A stretch of 42,069 bases of DNA. It comes from an uncultured Bacilli bacterium. GTDB lineage: Bacteria > Bacillota_I > Bacilli_A > RF39 > UBA660. The first letter of the stretch is position 1. Each line of letters begins with the position of its first letter. The stretch is from the NCBI GenBank assembly GCA_944332005.1, contig CALVJD010000039.1, positions 1 to 42,069 on the forward strand, written 5' to 3'. The position numbers and the translations under genes were made by a program. Below the pieces are notes generated by a model. That model was not told the origin of the DNA and ran no database searches. It saw only the letters and a list, made by a program, of their open reading frames with translations. This document shows, piece after piece, positions 39,933-42,069 of the stretch.

Positions 39933-40217
39933 TTATTCTTCTACCGTAACCGTAGGATTTTCTAATTCTTTTTCATAAGCATTCAAGATTGCATCTTGGA
40001 ACATTGCTCTTACTTCTGAATTGATTGGATGTGCAATATCACGATATCCACCAGTTGCAGTCTTACGACTTGGCATAGCAATGAATAATCCATTGTCACC
40101 TTCAATGATTCTAATATCATGAACTGCAAAACAGTCATCTAATAGAACTGAAGCGATACCTTTCATTCTAGAATCTTCTTTGTCTACTCTACGTACATTT
40201 ACTGATGTTATTTTCAA
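39933..40217 (-). CDS. spoVG: SpoVG
   Basis: KITSV.VR, FAVHDIRIIEG..GLFIAMPSRK, YRDIAHPINS; TTG start at 40217 after GGGAG. Confidence 0.96.
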   Translation of the reverse strand: MKITSVNVRRVDKEDSRMKGIASVLLDDCFAVHDIRIIEGDNGLFIAMPSRKTATGGYRDIAHPINSEVRAMFQDAILNAYEKELENPTVTVEE

Positions 40218-40254
40218 GTAAATCTCTCCCTTCAGTATATATTTATACGTCTTC

Positions 40255-40283
40255 ATTATATAATACTTTTCTTTTAAATGCAA
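40255..40283 (-). promoter_or_regulatory. sigma-A promoter of spoVG
   Basis: TTGCAT-17 nt-TATAAT. Confidence 0.65.
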
Positions 40284-40302
40284 TACGCAATTAAAAATAT
40301 TG

Positions 40303-40524
40303 TTAATAATCAATATGAATCGTTTTAGTAATAATATCAGAATAAGAAAAAGACTTTATTTCTTTCGTATATTCATTTTTCATTTCCACCAAAAAAACAT
40401 AATTATATAACTCTTTAATCGTCACACGATATTGCTCATATTTATTTCTTCCTAAGTGATATTTGATTGTAACATCATCACCAATATGATTTTTAAGTTC
40501 ATACTTCACTTGTTCAATCGTCAT
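40303..40524 (-). CDS. veg: Veg family protein
   Basis: L..HIG..V......GRNK...I.ELY..VF.VE...SFSYSDIIT; yabG-veg synteny. Confidence 0.92.
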   Translation of the reverse strand: MTIEQVKYELKNHIGDDVTIKYHLGRNKYEQYRVTIKELYNYVFLVEMKNEYTKEIKSFSYSDIITKTIHIDY

Positions 40525-40532
40525 AATTCCTC

Positions 40533-41324
40533 CTATCTCGGATAACCGATATACATAGTTCCCTTTGTTTTAATACCTCCCATTCCATCTTTACCATACT
40601 TTGTTTTTTCAAGTAGTCCCTTTAAATCAATATCTTCTGAAATATCTAAAAGACTAATACGAGATGCAATAATAGCTGGATCAAGAGCATGAATATTGAT
40701 CCTTTTCGGACTCGAAGCAAAATTCGCACCCGCTCTTATCAGTTCCTCATAATCAGATTGACAAGCCCCCGCAATAATAATTAACTTTTCATGACTCTTC
40801 TCATATTTTCTCGCTTCTTTTACAGCATTGACAAAATTAACACTATTCTTATAAGAATAAAGATCATTAATATTACCTTTTTTTCGATAAAATGCATCAT
40901 GCCCCGTAATCACCACGATATTCGGATTATATTCCTCCAATAGATCACGAATACGATATGGAATTTCTTCTTCTTTTTCTTGAATCCCAATCGCCCAAAT
41001 ATTGCTTTCTTCATAATAGTTTAAACATCGATTTAAATAGTCCTCATCTCCATCGATATGTAAAATCTTCCCAGGCAAATAAAAATAATCATTTCTTTCA
41101 CTAGGAAGTTCTGGTTTAATTCTCTCTAAAAAAGGTTGCTCTTCTTCGATATCATGATCATCTTCCTGAAATGGTTTCAAATCTTCTATTGGTGCATCTG
41201 CATAAAGTCGAATATTCTGCCCTTTTAAATAAACAACATTATCTTTGATATCAATAATAGTAAAGACCGTATCATTGTGATAAGAATTCCTTGTAACTAA
41301 ATCACCGATATTATATTCTTCCAT
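40533..41324 (-). CDS. yabG: Sporulation-specific protease YabG
   Basis: GD.VTR.SY..D..F, RLYADAP..DL, PGKILHIDGD, ITGHD, GACQS, GANFASSP.R.NIHALDP; start at ATG 41324. Confidence 0.97.
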   Translation of the reverse strand: MEEYNIGDLVTRNSYHNDTVFTIIDIKDNVVYLKGQNIRLYADAPIEDLKPFQEDDHDIEEEQPFLERIKPELPSERNDYFYLPGKILHIDGDEDYLNRCLNYYEESNIWAIGIQEKEEEIPYRIRDLLEEYNPNIVVITGHDAFYRKKGNINDLYSYKNSVNFVNAVKEARKYEKSHEKLIIIAGACQSDYEELIRAGANFASSPKRINIHALDPAIIASRISLLDISEDIDLKGLLEKTKYGKDGMGGIKTKGTMYIGYPR

Positions 41325-41339
41325 ATAATCACCCGTTAC

Positions 41340-41368
41340 ATGATATGCTGATAAAAGCCTTTTTAGAA
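41340..41368 (-). promoter_or_regulatory. Mother-cell (sigma-E-like) promoter of yabG
   Basis: TTCTA-16 nt-CATATCAT, same layout as the yabP promoter. Confidence 0.55.
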
Positions 41369-41479
41369 TAAAAATGGCAACTTTCAGACCAATGTAAAGT
41401 TTTTGAAAATTCATTTAGCCCATTATGGGCTTATTTGCTATATGACAATGTGGATTATATTAAAATGTTTGTAGAGGTG

Positions 41480-41725
41480 ATGCAAATGGAATACACAAAT
41501 CGTATGAAAGGGTTAAGGGAAGATTGTGATTTAACCCAACAAGAAATCGCACAAGTATTAAATTGTAGTCAAACCTGTTACTCTAAATACGAATTAGGTC
41601 AAAGAGAAATCCCAATTCGCTTATTGTGTCTATTAGCTGATTTTTATGGAGTAAGTACTGATTATTTATTAGGGCGAACTAATGAAAAGAAAAGCAAAAA
41701 AATAAAAATAAAAACGCAAGTGTAA
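41480..41725 (+). CDS. XRE-family helix-turn-helix regulator
   Basis: RMKGLRED.DLTQ.EIA..L..SQ..YSKYE.G.REIP...LADFYGVSTDYLLGRT; GAGGTG RBS; start at ATG 41480 or 41486. Confidence 0.92.
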   Translation: MQMEYTNRMKGLREDCDLTQQEIAQVLNCSQTCYSKYELGQREIPIRLLCLLADFYGVSTDYLLGRTNEKKSKKIKIKTQV

Positions 41726-41743
41726 AAACTTGTGTTTTTTATT
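41707..41743. terminator. Hairpin between the convergent HTH gene and the lectin-like gene
   Basis: AATAAAAACGCAAGT / ACTTGTGTTTTTTATT imperfect inverted repeat; overlaps the HTH stop and starts 10 nt past the minus-strand stop. Confidence 0.6.
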
Positions 41744-41753
41744 CAAATATCAT

Positions 41754-42068
41754 TTAGGGTGTAAGCACGAGGCGAAACGAAGCGTAGCTGTCAGACGTCC
41801 CAGTGTAGCGAAGGAAGTAGAACTGGCCTGCGAGTACACCATTGTTGCGATCGCCGCCTCGATGAAACCAAGGATAGGACGAGTGCACAAAAAGAGAAGC
41901 GTCGGAATACCACTGATTATGTGGTCTTGACGTTCCATCACTATCTGCAAAGGTCACAAATGGTCCCATCTCTCCCGTCGCATCTCCTAAAATGCGATTT
42001 TGGTAAGTTGTTTGAGTACTATTGCTTAAATAAACATCAAAATATTTACTATCGTAATTTTGTATATT
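41754..42068 (-). CDS. 3' end of a truncated gene with CLec/FGE-like C-terminal domain (probable DGR target protein)
   Basis: Frame open to the window edge: NIQNYDSKYFDVY...RILGDATGEMGPF...WYSD...PWFHRGG....G..AG.F......G......SFRLVLTP*. Confidence 0.8.
   Translation of the reverse strand, partial: NIQNYDSKYFDVYLSNSTQTTYQNRILGDATGEMGPFVTFADSDGTSRPHNQWYSDASLFVHSSYPWFHRGGDRNNGVLAGQFYFLRYTGTSDSYASFRLVLTP
41757..41912 (-). other. Candidate DGR variable region (VR)
   Basis: Hand count: 23/156 A (15%) vs 40/99 (40%) in the 33 codons at the window edge; 39 of 52 codons end in C/T; constant RGG/AG/FR scaffold. Confidence 0.65.
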
Positions 42069-42069
42069 G

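Noticed and set aside
41730-41950. Overlapping 66-aa ORFs on both strands
   Set aside because: They arise from the A-poor, GC-rich VR-like segment, which has few stop codons; the real frame ends at 41754.
1-42069. CRISPR array, rRNA/tRNA, prophage, reverse transcriptase
   Set aside because: No spaced repeats, RNA gene signatures, phage genes or RT (YxDD) ORF were found; intergenic gaps are short.

Overview
Low-GC chromosomal window using the standard bacterial code (TGA is a stop). It comes from a streamlined, probably spore-forming member of the Bacilli; the gene content suggests an uncultured gut lineage such as RF39/RFN20 (inference). Most genes are minus-strand housekeeping genes (polA, polC, prfA-prmC, rpoE, argS, nth-dnaD, cca, hup, der, engB; recU-ponA on the plus strand). 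They are mixed with sporulation genes (spoIVA, spoVIF, gerQ, a pbpG-like PBP, yabG-veg-spoVG, yabP-yabQ-divIC), several with clear sigma-E/G-type promoters. The notable accessory items are five. (1) A gene cut off at the right edge ends in a C-type-lectin-like tail whose last ~156 nt are A-poor and rich in NNY codons, the signature of a diversity-generating retroelement (DGR) variable region; no RT or template repeat is in the window. (2) A small island has two mosaic copies of a 209-aa two-domain gene, each followed by a different cargo gene (an HExxH protein and an HGHEH protein). (3) There are stand-alone genes with type IV prepilin N-termini, one a 535-aa protein with a Cys-rich knob on a stalk. 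(4) A GT80 sialyltransferase-like protein has lost catalytic motifs. (5) PolC carries a ~70-aa insertion. I saw no rRNA, tRNA, CRISPR array, transposase or integrase. Family assignments rest on motif recognition from memory, not on database searches.
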